NCBI RefSeq assembly: GCF_036321535.1
Contig: NC_087437.1
Coordinates: 112,532,001 to 112,596,000 of the forward strand
Length of the DNA stretch: 64,000 nt
Direction: 5' to 3'
From: Camelus dromedarius
Lineage: Eukaryota
Each line of letters starts with the position of its first letter. Position 1 is the first letter of the stretch. A model generated the notes under the pieces. That model ran no database searches and had not been told where the DNA came from. It saw nothing but the letters and a program-made list of their open reading frames with translations. Both the position numbers and the translations under genes were made by a program. Of this stretch, positions 39,726 through 50,970 are shown one piece after another.

Positions 39726-40639
39726 ACCACCATTTTTTTCTATTAGACATGAAGATTAATTTCCTAGACTAGGATTTTAATGGATTTTTTTGTAGTTTTA
39801 AAAAGAATATCTTGGAAGGGCTGAACACAGAACCCTGCAGAAAAGGAAGAGTAGAGTATTCCTGGTGAAAGGCCTTCAGGGCATCTCACTAATTTACTTC
39901 TCAAGTCATGCTCCTGTTACAGAATTGCCCAATGGAAGCCTATACTCTTGTCCTGTAGTTTCCCTAAATGTGACTTTACTGATGAAAACTTATATTCCTA
40001 GAAATTATGGTGACATTATAATTCAGTAAGTTAAGAGTCCAAAAAAACTATAGTATTCATCTTTAGAAAACTGAGTAAATGGACCTGCTCTATCCATCAT
40101 GGCACATTTAACCATACTTTATTTACCATTTGAAGACTTTCTATGTATTTCACGGTCAGTAATGGAAGATTACTATGGAATGGTGTGAGGTGGTGTAGGA
40201 GAAAGAGAGAGAAAGGGAAATGAGAAGAATAATAATTATATCCTATAGTATATAATCAAAACTAAAGATATTAACTAGAAATACCTGTAGACTAGATAGT
40301 TAAATTAATTGATATGTTTCTAGTTTCCATTTTTACTATATTTAAATTGTTTTTCTTCCCTGATTATAGGCCTTAGTAATTATAAATTCTTAGCTTTTCA
40401 CAATGTAAAGAATTTTATAAAATATTTGCATATGATAATATAAAAATACATGACTTCAGTTAGACTAATGATTTACCTTAATACGGAAATATACAAATGA
40501 ACATTAAATTTTTTTCCTGGTTGTTCTATTCTTTTAAGAATGGTAATTTCTTGGCACTCAGAAAGTTATTATTAATTTTTATACACTAAATATACTACAA
40601 AACTCATTTGACTTTTGACAAAAATAAAAGCATCAATAC

Positions 40640-40717
40640 CTTTGTATTTATTGGGCTGAGAGCACAAGCTTTAACTTTAAGTTTCACATAGTTATCCTCT
40701 GTAACAGGAAGATTTTC
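40640..40717 (-). CDS. CRYZL1: CRYZL1 exon 3, [26 protein letters not shown]
   Basis: tctag acceptor, AAG|gtattg donor, 78 nt. Confidence 0.94.
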
Positions 40718-42342
40718 CTAGAATCAAATGATAAAAACAATTCATACTCCTTTGAGAAAAGGCTTTTATGTTGCAAACATTTTTATACATAACTGAACAA
40801 AATCAAACAGACTCCCAATCTTACACCTAAATGAAAAAGCTACAAGCAAGTATCCTATAGTATACAATCAAAAAGAATATAGAGAATGCTGTGGTAAAAT
40901 CTTTAAACAGCCTTAGTTAGGGCACCTATTTTGAAAATGTACTTAAGACACTGACATGGATATATATGTCGGCAACGAATATAGGAAAACAACGAAAAAA
41001 CATAATCTATTTAAATAGTCTCAAAGCATCAAAACTTCACAGAGGGATAGTCTTAAACACACATACACATAATATATAAAATATACTGATTTTGGAACTT
41101 CCTTAATTCTATGAATAAAGTTCTTAGTGTCATTTGCTAATCTTTATTTGACATCTCTTGGACATTTTAGCATGCCCCATGGGACTCTGAGGTCAAAATA
41201 CAAACTTAATGGGACTTGATACTCCTCATATTCCACAGCTAGATAGAACTTCAAAGGCAAAGATATTTCAAACTCAAGTGTTCAATGTCATCCACCAATG
41301 ACACCAATAGTTAAAACGCTCTTTTCAATCCCTGATATGTTCAAATATTCGATCAAAAGTTGGCTAGAAGAGCTACTTGCATGGTGCCTCTTGTGTCCTA
41401 TCAAAGGGATCACTGTGCTTTATCTGACATGAACACAATATTTTGGGATATCCTTTTTTAAATCTCAGATGTGATAATATTGGGTGATAATATGAAGATA
41501 TTCAATATATCGACAAACTTGTGGATTTTAACTCATGATTGTGTGAACCTGGCAATGATTCTTCCTAGGAGCCAATCAAACCTCTTAGAGCTTCATCCTG
41601 ACCAATGGTAGAAGCCAAGCTGTCTGAGATTTAGACTCCTAACCTAAATGACTTTGGAGTTGTTCAAAGATAACACAGAAAAACTGGATTGTGTTCATGA
41701 TCCAGAAATTTTAATTACTACTATGAAATATACATACACTACGAAATACATATTGCACTTAGTTTTCATCCCTAAATTTACAGTGGAATGATTTTGGCCT
41801 GCCACAACCTTTCAAACCAATCACCAATATATGAAAATTCCACTATCTATGCTTAAAGTGGTGAAAAACTAGAAATCATTTAAAGCTTAGTGAATGAGGT
41901 TACTTTGCAAAGCTCAGAAGTTAGTTTGGAAAACAATGCTTTTCTATCTCTTTTATTTCATAATATGAGAGAAAGTATTTTCTGAAATATGGCTACAGTG
42001 TGAAAACTCACTTTATTGTGGTATTCAGAATAAACTGGGTTAATTTTGCAATATGTAAAGGCTACTGAAGTTATTCTGTTTTCCTAATATCTTTTATACC
42101 ACTACCCTGAGGAACTAAAAACTCTTCAGTAGCAAGTTTTTTAAAAATACATTTATACTACAATATGGACCACTGTTTTTAAATAAGACTAAAGGTAAGA
42201 AATTTATAGAGCTTCATTTAAATAATTTTCACTCATTTAGTTCCACTCAAAATAACTTGAAACAGGCCATTTAAAACTGGGTCTATCACATAAGGAAAAT
42301 GCACTATCTTGTTTGATTTAATGATTAAACAATTTTTCTTAC

Positions 42343-42408
42343 CCTTTCTTGGAATACAAATGTTATTTCTTCACTTGTAGAACTCTGTTGAAAATATAAG
42401 CCTTTCAT
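42343..42408 (-). CDS. CRYZL1: CRYZL1 exon 2 coding part, MKGLYFQQSSTSEEITFVFQER (exon starts at 42414); quinone oxidoreductase-like protein 1 / FERRY subunit
   Basis: tttag|GTGACTATG start; AGG|gtaag donor; the coding exons sum to 1050 nt in frame. Confidence 0.94.
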
Positions 42409-42798
42409 AGTCACCTAAAAACAAGAAAGAAAAAATAAACATGAAATAAACTAACCATCAAATGTCTTTCAGATCAAATGAAAGTAAAAATTGAAAAACA
42501 GTGCTGGTAAAGGATAATGATAACTATAAACGTAGTCTTAAACTTAGGTAATGGTTCTTGAAAGTGATCAAACAAGAGAATATGCAACAATCTGTGGTAC
42601 ACACCTGAGAATGGGCCCAGGACAGTTAACCTTTCACACAGAGGTGAGCATGTGCTTAATTTCACTCTACTATTCAATAAAAATTATTAGATACACTTGA
42701 AAAAAACTTACACAGGTAAAAGAGCTCATTTTAATAACCAAAGGTATCATTTAAAGGGCTTTCAAAGACCTAAAAAGGATTATTAAAAAGGAAAAAGT

Positions 42799-42882
42799 TA
42801 GGAGGGGAAATATAGCTTAGTGGAAGAATGCATGCTTAGCATGCCTGAGGTCCTGGGTTCAATCTCCAGTACCTCCATTAAA
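42799..42882 (+). mobile_element. Short tRNA-derived SINE with TSD aaaaaggaaaaagt
   Basis: A/B boxes; direct repeat on both flanks. Confidence 0.85.
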
Positions 42883-43069
42883 AAAGGAAAAAGTGGACAG
42901 TCAAGACGCTCATTGAAATTGCGCCCCTAATTCATCTGTATCAGTTTATAAGCCATTTAAAGGAAATATTTAAATCTGTATTCTTTGGATTTCTTGACGC
43001 ATCTCTAAGGATTCCACAGTTGTTTCTTTAATCTTCATAGTAATTGTATGGCAAGGTAATTTTTTAATA

Positions 43070-43520
43070 TAAATTTTGTAGAAGTATAAAATATACAAAG
43101 AAAAGTACACTATTGACAAGTGTATAGCTGCTGAATTTTACAAAGTGAACATGGCCATGTCACAGCAGGAAACACATCACTAGAAATCCAGATGCTCCCT
43201 TGTTGCCCTTCTAGCTACTCCTAAGGATACTCAATGTCCTGAGTTTTAACAGCACATTAGTTCTGTTTTTGACTTTATGTAAATGAACTCATACTCCTCT
43301 ATGTCTGACTTCTTCCTTTCAGTATTATGTTTGTGAGTTTCACCTGTGTTGCTGTCTGCAGTTGTAGTTCATCCAATCTCATTGTTAAATAGTATTTCAC
43401 TGCATGGATAAATTACTATTTATCCATTCCATTAAAGACAGACATTTGATTGTTTCCTGTTTGAGGCTTTTACAAATTATCCTGCTAAGAACATCCTTGT
43501 AAATACTTTTTGGTGAAAGT
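43070..43520 (-). mobile_element. Old L1M remnant
   Basis: Antisense L1 3' motifs (gtctgacttcttcctttcagtattatgtttgtgag). Confidence 0.6.
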
Positions 43521-46500
43521 ATTATTATTGAATTTATTTTATGGATGAGGAAACTGTCTTACAGAGGCTAAGGCACATATCTAGGGTCTCATGGCACCAG
43601 TTTGGCCAGAGCTAGGACAAACCAGGTGTGGCCAACTCCAAAGTCATTTCTCTTAACCATTATATTTAACGGTTTTCTATTGAGCTGGTAACATTAGATA
43701 TATCGCTTAAAACTAGAATCTTACATCCTTTAGTTTAGGATTGGTAATTATTAAGTGCCTGTTGACAGAACTAGCAACGTAATTTGCAGGGCTCACTGTG
43801 AGATGAAAATGTGGGGAACCTTGTCCAGAAATTAACATTTCAAGACGGTGACAGGCGAGCATTAAACCAAGCACAAGTCCCTACTGACTGTGAGGTCCAG
43901 TGTGACTGTATAGGTCCCGTGCTCATGAAGCTGGCCCTGCAAGCTGAATCTTAGTGGATCTAACGGATCTGTATAGAGGGTTTTTACTAAGCAGTTCAGC
44001 AATGGTTGCTACTTTCTGGAATGTGATAATCAAACTGCTAAAACTAACAGAAATGAATATACATTCAAGACATATATGGAAATTATGTATGTAGCACGTA
44101 TCAACATTAAGTATGTAAAAACAGAGTGAGTCAGGTCATATAATTAAATTAAGTCTAGCCCTTTCGTTACGGAAGGTCTTTGTGTGTGTGTGTGTGTGTG
44201 CGCGCACGTGTGTAAATCAATGTGTTTGTTGGGGTGGTAGGGGAGAAGGGAGGAACCTAAGCATAGAACAGCAGCTATGCAATTCCCTTTGACATAAATC
44301 TAACCTCTTCTGCCTAGCTGTCAAGGCTGTCTAAAATGCATTTGCATTGTCCCAAGTCTACCTGATTCTTCCATTTTCCCAACACATACCCAGTATGACT
44401 TCACACCATATGGTCACCACTGTCTCAGGGCTCCAGGCATTGCTTGCTCCCTGAGACTATGCTGTACTTACTCCACAAATTCTGTGAAGTAAATAAAAGC
44501 TCAGGTCCTACTCCCTCTCTGAAACCACCCACCAGTGACACGCAATCTACCCCATCTGTTCCAAGCTTCTAGATTTCGAGTGTTACATACTAACAAACAA
44601 AACCTTGTTCTATTCACTTACTAACTCGTGGGTTTTCCCAGCTCTTGCTTTGAAGAATCAATATCCATTATTATTAAATAAATAAATCTCTGTTCCTACT
44701 AAGTCTGGAGCTACTAGAGCTGCATTTTTTGAGAAATGGAATAATTTACATATCAACACTTTGATCTCAAAGCATCCTCCTTTGAATTCTGGAAGCTACT
44801 ATTTTCTCTGCCCATTGCATCTGATAACATATTGCACGCCTCCCCAGATCAGCAGTCACATGGACGGTATGCACCCCGATTTCAAAGACATTGGAAGCCA
44901 ACTGCTTGTGTGAACCCTAGTGTCCTTTATGTAAATATTATATGCATAATAATGTCAGTATTTTTGGTCATATCATCCTAAATAGCTCTTCCAAATTAGG
45001 TTAAAATCAGTCTGGGTGGTAGAAAAAAGTAATGTTTAGTTGCTCCAAGTAGGAACCATGTGGTAGCAAAAAAATTCTCAAAGTTACAAAGTGAAGAGAA
45101 GTGTTTTTATGAAAGTGGCCAGAAGAAAATTGAGGAAATATTATTTGTTCTGCAAACCCATGAAAGGAATTCTGAGTTCTTAACATGGAGAAAATGGTAG
45201 AATGGATTATATTCAAGGCCCACTTAGTTTCTTAGGCACTGGTCCAGATTAAATGGAACACCTAATCCATTATTTAATAACATTTTATCGAATGTAAAGA
45301 TATTTGCACATAGGAAACAAAATAACTGAACACTTCATTAAATAAAAATATGAATTAAAATATAAACTATTTATCATGTCATTTCCAAGAACGAATGCCA
45401 TGTAACCTCAAAATTACATATTCTACTATAAGCTTCTTTTATCAAAAAAGTGCTACATAAAACTTTTAAGTGAAAATAAACCTGTTTTAAAATGTAGGCT
45501 GATGAAATGAAAGCCCTGTAAAAAACATAAAGATTTTATATTTTTCTAGATACAGCCGATTTTAAATGTATTTGACGTAAGTCCACAAGATGAAGATTAT
45601 GTTTGTAGCACTTTAAATTGTTATAATGGTCACACATTAAACCTATTAAAAATCTGGAGGAACAAAAATTAAGACACCTCTTTTAAATAATTTTTGTTAC
45701 AAAGCAGAACAAGGACTTTACATAAATTAAACACTTACCATAAATAGTACTTCAAGAAAGTAGTTGATGAAAGTAGTTAATCTTTTAAGGAATTTCTAAA
45801 AAAAGTCAATGGGAAGAAATTTCAAATAGCTTCACTTTAGTTACGACAGCAATATGAACCCCACTTGCTCTTCCCTGGTTATCCTTGATCCCCCAGGGAG
45901 CTCACCTACTAATAATTGCAAATAAAACCTTTATAGGTTATTTCTTATCTACACTTTCAGACTAGAAGTGTTCTAAGTATCAGATCAACCTCAAACTCAA
46001 CAGACATAAAACTAGACTCATCTTTCCCCTAAACAAGATTTTGCTGTACCAATTGTCAGTCACTGAGGATATCTTAGAATCCATCATAATTCCTTCCTCT
46101 GTATTAAGTTATCGACCATAAAGCTTTCTTTTCCTTTATAATGTCCTGGCTCACCTGCTCATTTTACGTGTTAGCACATCACCTGCACTATACCAGGCCT
46201 GGGCTGTGGCCACATACGGCTGCTGAATGGCTTCATATCTTTCCTTCATCCAATACACCTGTTACTCTAAGGGTAACGTAAGCCTTCTGAAAGTCCAAAC
46301 TCTTCCTATGTGCTCACATTTCTATTATTCCTCAACACAAACTTTGCAATATGCTGGCCATTTCAGGCTCAGGATTCAGTTATAATGCTTCTAACTCACC
46401 CTTGTTTTTATTTTAAGGAAAGCACAGATATATTGTCAAGCAGATAGGCCACCAAAAAAACCCAGATGAAGACAACTCTGAAATGTGGCCATAATCGTGC

Positions 46501-48659
46501 CGGGACTAGTGTACAGCATTACGATAATAGCTGGACTGCGAGGGGTAAATCTTCAGTTATACTGAAGACGTGGCTTAATGTTAAGTTTTAACAATGTTCC
46601 TACTCATCTGTGAGACTTTTCATACACATCCGCATATCAGATAAAGAAGTATGGCAAACCATGTGCCCATAAAAAATATGGTCAGCATAATCAAAGTAAC
46701 TAGCTGAGGTTTGGTTCAAATATACCTTGCAGGTTGTAGAGGAGACTGGTAGTCCTAACTAGACAGGCCAGCTCAGCTTCTTAAAGAGGGAGGGACAGCT
46801 CTACATCATGTGGGCAACAGTCTCTAGAAGTCTGTATATTCTAAGGCCACTTTACAGATGCAATGAGGACACAGGTGTTTTGCCAGATAGTGTACTGCCC
46901 TCCTGCCTGATACAGATGGGCACGAGGTACCCTGAGACAGTGGCTCATACCTGGATAAATCCTGGAAAGCGTTTCCAGCTATTAACATGTATTATAAGAA
47001 CTTTTTACTTTCACATTTTAGGTTCATAATTTAAAACTTAGGAAAATGCATGAAGTTGCATGGTCCCTATTTCTAGATGGGTTTAAACTAGAGGCTGGAT
47101 ACACATTTACAATGGCATCATCAAGGAGAGTCGAGCATCAGGGGATGGGGGATGAGATAACCATATTAAAGTCTCTTCCAATTATGAGAATCTAGATTTA
47201 TATGAACATTATCAAGACATAGTCGACAGAATTCATACAATTGTGGCATAATCTTTACATCTCACACAATCTGAGATCTAAACATAGGTGAAGAATTAGG
47301 AAAGTAACATTTTCTGTTTTCGTGCTGGCTTTAGTCATTAACAACAACAACAACAAGAGCATTTGCTTTAATATGTCAAATCATTGCCTATCTATTCAAC
47401 AAGTGGCTTCCAACAAGTGACCTCCAAAGGAATTTTGGATTAATTCTCCTGCCTCCAAGAGAACTTAACTTTTGTTATCTGTTGACTTACAAAATACCTT
47501 CTCACTTAAGAATTCTTACTAGAGGGATCCCTTTTCCAGTACCACGGTGGCAGGTGGGGGGGGGGGTAGCGGGTGGGTTGGGGGAGTGGGATGGTCATTA
47601 ATTCAAAGATTAGAAACCGCTGGTCCAGTTACTAGTTGATGTGGGGCCATTCAACATAGTACGATCCAGAACAGAAACTTAACTTTCATTTAGATTTCTG
47701 AATTAGCATCATATTTTCCAGTATTGTGCTACTGGGGAACAGGGAAGCCAATGGTGGGATGAATGACAGTCTTCCCTTCATGCTGGCTTAATCATACGAC
47801 ACTGGGACAAAGTAGATGGTGATGAGGAAGATCCTCCTTACATCTCTACTTTCCTTCTTCCCCTCCAAATGACTTAACTAACGAATCTTCTCCACAGACT
47901 GACATTGCAGCTTGTCAGCACAATAGGATCTTAAGCCATTTCTTACTTCAGATGCAAAATAGGAACTGTAATTTTGATTAAATATTTACTAATAAATTCA
48001 CAATCAAGAGAAAATAATTCACGAGATGTCATCTTTATTATAATGTATAAAAAGAGAAGAAAATTATTTTGCAAAATACTATGTTTGAACATATGTGGGT
48101 ATGTGTGTTTTTGCCCTTCTACTCATAGTCTCCTTAGCTCAGAGCAGTACTGTTTATTGGGTCTAGAAAAATCATAAAGCTGTCTCTGAAATACTCTATG
48201 TGAAGCTTACAAGAGCAAGAAAATATTCATTTTTATCAATTAAAAAAAAGATTTCAGCAAAAACAAACCCCAAAAAGACAGTGATTCCATAGTGAACCAC
48301 TTTAAAGAATTCCCAAGCTTTCCCATCTTCCTCCCTCAAGGAGGCACACAAATGAACCAAGAACATTACTGTCTGGGATATAGAACTCATTCAAAGGCCT
48401 AAATATCTCCTTTAGGTTTTGAACACTTTTCTTCAATCTAGAATTTTGATTCTGAATGCATAGCACAGAGAGTTGTAAAACTATCAAAATGTTTCACTGC
48501 AACTGACAGGCAACTTTACCTCATATAGTGAACCCTCTGTTCCAAATCAGATTCAGTCTCATCCTCTGCTATGAACTGGAGCAGAGACATCAATGAGTCG
48601 AAATTAGTGATAAAAGATAATAATTATACACTGCAGTGGTTGGTGGATAAGATTTAGAA

Positions 48660-48890
48660 GTCATAACTGAACCTACTCTGAATCCTCGCTTTCCTACTTT
48701 AGTCACTGTATGATTTGGGCCTCGTAATTTTAACCTTTTGGGCCTTAGATTCCATACCCATAAAACAGGGATAATAATAGTAGTTACCCCAAAGGGTTGC
48801 TGCAAGGCTTAAATAATACATGCGAAGCACTCAGTGCAATACCCGGCACAAAATGAACGTTCACTAAATGTTGGCTATTTTTTACTACTA
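48660..48890 (+). mobile_element. MIR SINE remnant
   Basis: taaaacagggataataatagtagttacc...gggttgctgcaagg core. Confidence 0.65.
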
Positions 48891-49024
48891 TTTCTGTAAA
48901 TTGAGCAGAGAACTTGTAAAGTAGTTCCAAAGCCCATCTCACAAAGCAGCAAGGGGTTCTGTAAGGTGCAACTTGAGCTTTAACACCTTTTAGTTTCTGC
49001 AGCGGGCTATTAAATCATCTGGAT

Positions 49025-49440
49025 CTGTGCTGTCCAGTATCAGCCACAGGTGGCTAAGGAGCCCTTGAACTGTGTGTGCCTAGTCAGAACTGAGATGTAC
49101 TGTTAGCGTAAGATGCACATCAGATTTTGAAGACTTAATATGAAAAAAAAAAGAGAGAATGTATAATATCTCAATAAAAATATTTGATAATGTGTTGGAA
49201 TAATATTTTGCATATACTGGGCCAAATGAAACGCTAAAATTAACTGCATACGTTTCCTTCCATTAAAAATATGTGGCTTCCATTAAATCCGTATTCAGCA
49301 GAGCTGATGCAGAACCTTGCTACTCATAACGTAGACTAGCAGCACCTGAGAGCTTGTTAGAATGCAGATTCTCAGGACCCGCCCAGACCCACAGACTCAG
49401 CATCTGCACTTCAACGTGATTCTCACGCACTGCTCCAGAG
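49025..49440. mobile_element. hAT DNA transposon remnants (MER3/MER33-like then MER5A-like)
   Basis: ctgtgctgtccagtat...tagtcagaactgagatgt; gagcttgttagaatgcagattctcagg. Confidence 0.55.
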
Positions 49441-49938
49441 TATTCCTGTTTTGCTTAATTTGGAGGACAAAGCTGGCAGTCTAGTTACATAAATGCGAAT
49501 ACCCTTGCTTTAAGTAATTGCTCACCAAAATAAAAAATAAAGTGGAGGAGGAGAAAGTGGTGGTAGGGAAGGAGTAAGGCAGAAAAAAAAAAATCGCAAA
49601 GTATAGGAACAAAAAGACGTAAGAAGGGGGGAAAAGCCAACCAAGAAAACTCAGTGGAAGGGAACTTCAATACTTCAGCCTCCATAAATGTGGAAGAAGA
49701 TGCAAACTAAGATAAAATCTACCATCAAAACCTGTAAGGACCAGGAAATCGTCAAATCAAGTCTTACCCGCCTCTCAGTGGCCTCAGTTAAGCTAGGCCT
49801 GGGCCCGAGGGGGTCTGAGGTTGGCGTGCGATGCGAACCACCATCCACCCCAGAGCTGGACGGTTCCGCGGGGTGTCTCCCGATCTTTCGCCCAAAGCCC
49901 CGTTTCCCAAGACATACAAGGCGTTTTTCAGCGTTCAC

Positions 49939-50010
49939 CTGCCTCCGAGGGGCCCCAACGGCCTGCACCTTCGCCACCGCCACCTCCGAGTCCTCCGCAG
50001 GGAGCCCGCC
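49939..50010 (-). other. CRYZL1: Probable non-coding exon 1 of CRYZL1 (5' end uncertain; alternative donor at 49768)
   Basis: GCAG|gtgaac donor within the CpG island, downstream of CCAAT/GC boxes; second donor CGG|gtaaga at 49768. Confidence 0.55.
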
Positions 50011-50719
50011 CCTTTTGGGTCAGGAGCTGTTCCCATTGGTCACGCCGCTCGTCACTCTCGGAGGCCCTCGCACGCTCCAAGGCTGTAGAGAACGCCATAG
50101 CAACCGAACGTGGAACTACACCTCCCGGCATGCTCTGAGGCGACGCACCAGGGGCTACCGATAAATGAGAGAAGTTGTAGTCGCCGAAGGGTTCAGTTTT
50201 ATGCAAATTTCACTCAAAGACCACACCCTCCCTCATTCCAACTGTATCCCCATTCCCTTCCTTGGACTGTGTCCCGCTCCCTTTTGCCTCCACATTGTTC
50301 TCTCCTTTAACAGCTTCCGGTAGTTAGTTGGATGCATCCTAACTAGTGTTTTGCCTCTCATGGCAACGGACAGATGCACTGAAATCGTGGAACAAAATCT
50401 CCATAAACCCTGTCAGGAAAACCCCAGCCCAAAAGCCTCCAATTACGCCTTCTGGTAAGGGGCGGGGAGGAAGGAGAGTTCATCCTCCCCTTTTGAGCTT
50501 GCTGATTGGTTATTCGGCTGTCACTCGTCCTTTTCCATTTTTACTGGCTCCCCCTTATCTCGTTTCCCCGGCATGGGCGGGGCTAGAGGATAGGGGGCGG
50601 TGAGGAGCCCGGGCCTCTTCTTCCGATTGGCAGGATTTTTGTCCCCACCCACCCGTGGGCGGAGATGGAGGGGTGGATGGGAGCGGGGAAGGCAGATGAG
50701 GGAGATGAGGAGAGAGGCG

Positions 50720-50970
50720 GGAGCGAGGGAGCGAGGGAGGGAGCGAAGGAGGTAAAGAAGAGCGGAGGAGAGGGGAGGGAGCGCAGCTTGGTTGCTCCGT
50801 AGTACGGCGGCTCGCGAGGGAGAATCCCGAGCGGGCTCCGGGACGCACGGAGAGGCGGGCGGGCGGGCGGGGATGGTGTGCAGGGCTGCGGCTCCTGCGT
50901 CCCTTCCCTCGTCGATTGAGCTGCACTGATTTGTGCCTGGGGCGGCAGCGCGGACCCGCCTGGAGATGAG
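50720..50970 (+). other. ITSN1: ITSN1 non-coding exon 1 (start approximate); intron 1 runs off the window end
   Basis: Resembles the intersectin-1 5' UTR as I recall it (gcttggttgctccgtagtacggcggctcgcga...gagatgag); GAG|gtgagg donor; head-to-head synteny with CRYZL1. Confidence 0.85.

Noticed and set aside
41150..41720. Non-repetitive-looking stretch in CRYZL1 intron 2, considered as a processed pseudogene
   Set aside because: No ORF of 60 aa or more, no recognisable protein, polyA tail or TSD; a BLAST/Dfam search would be needed to say more.
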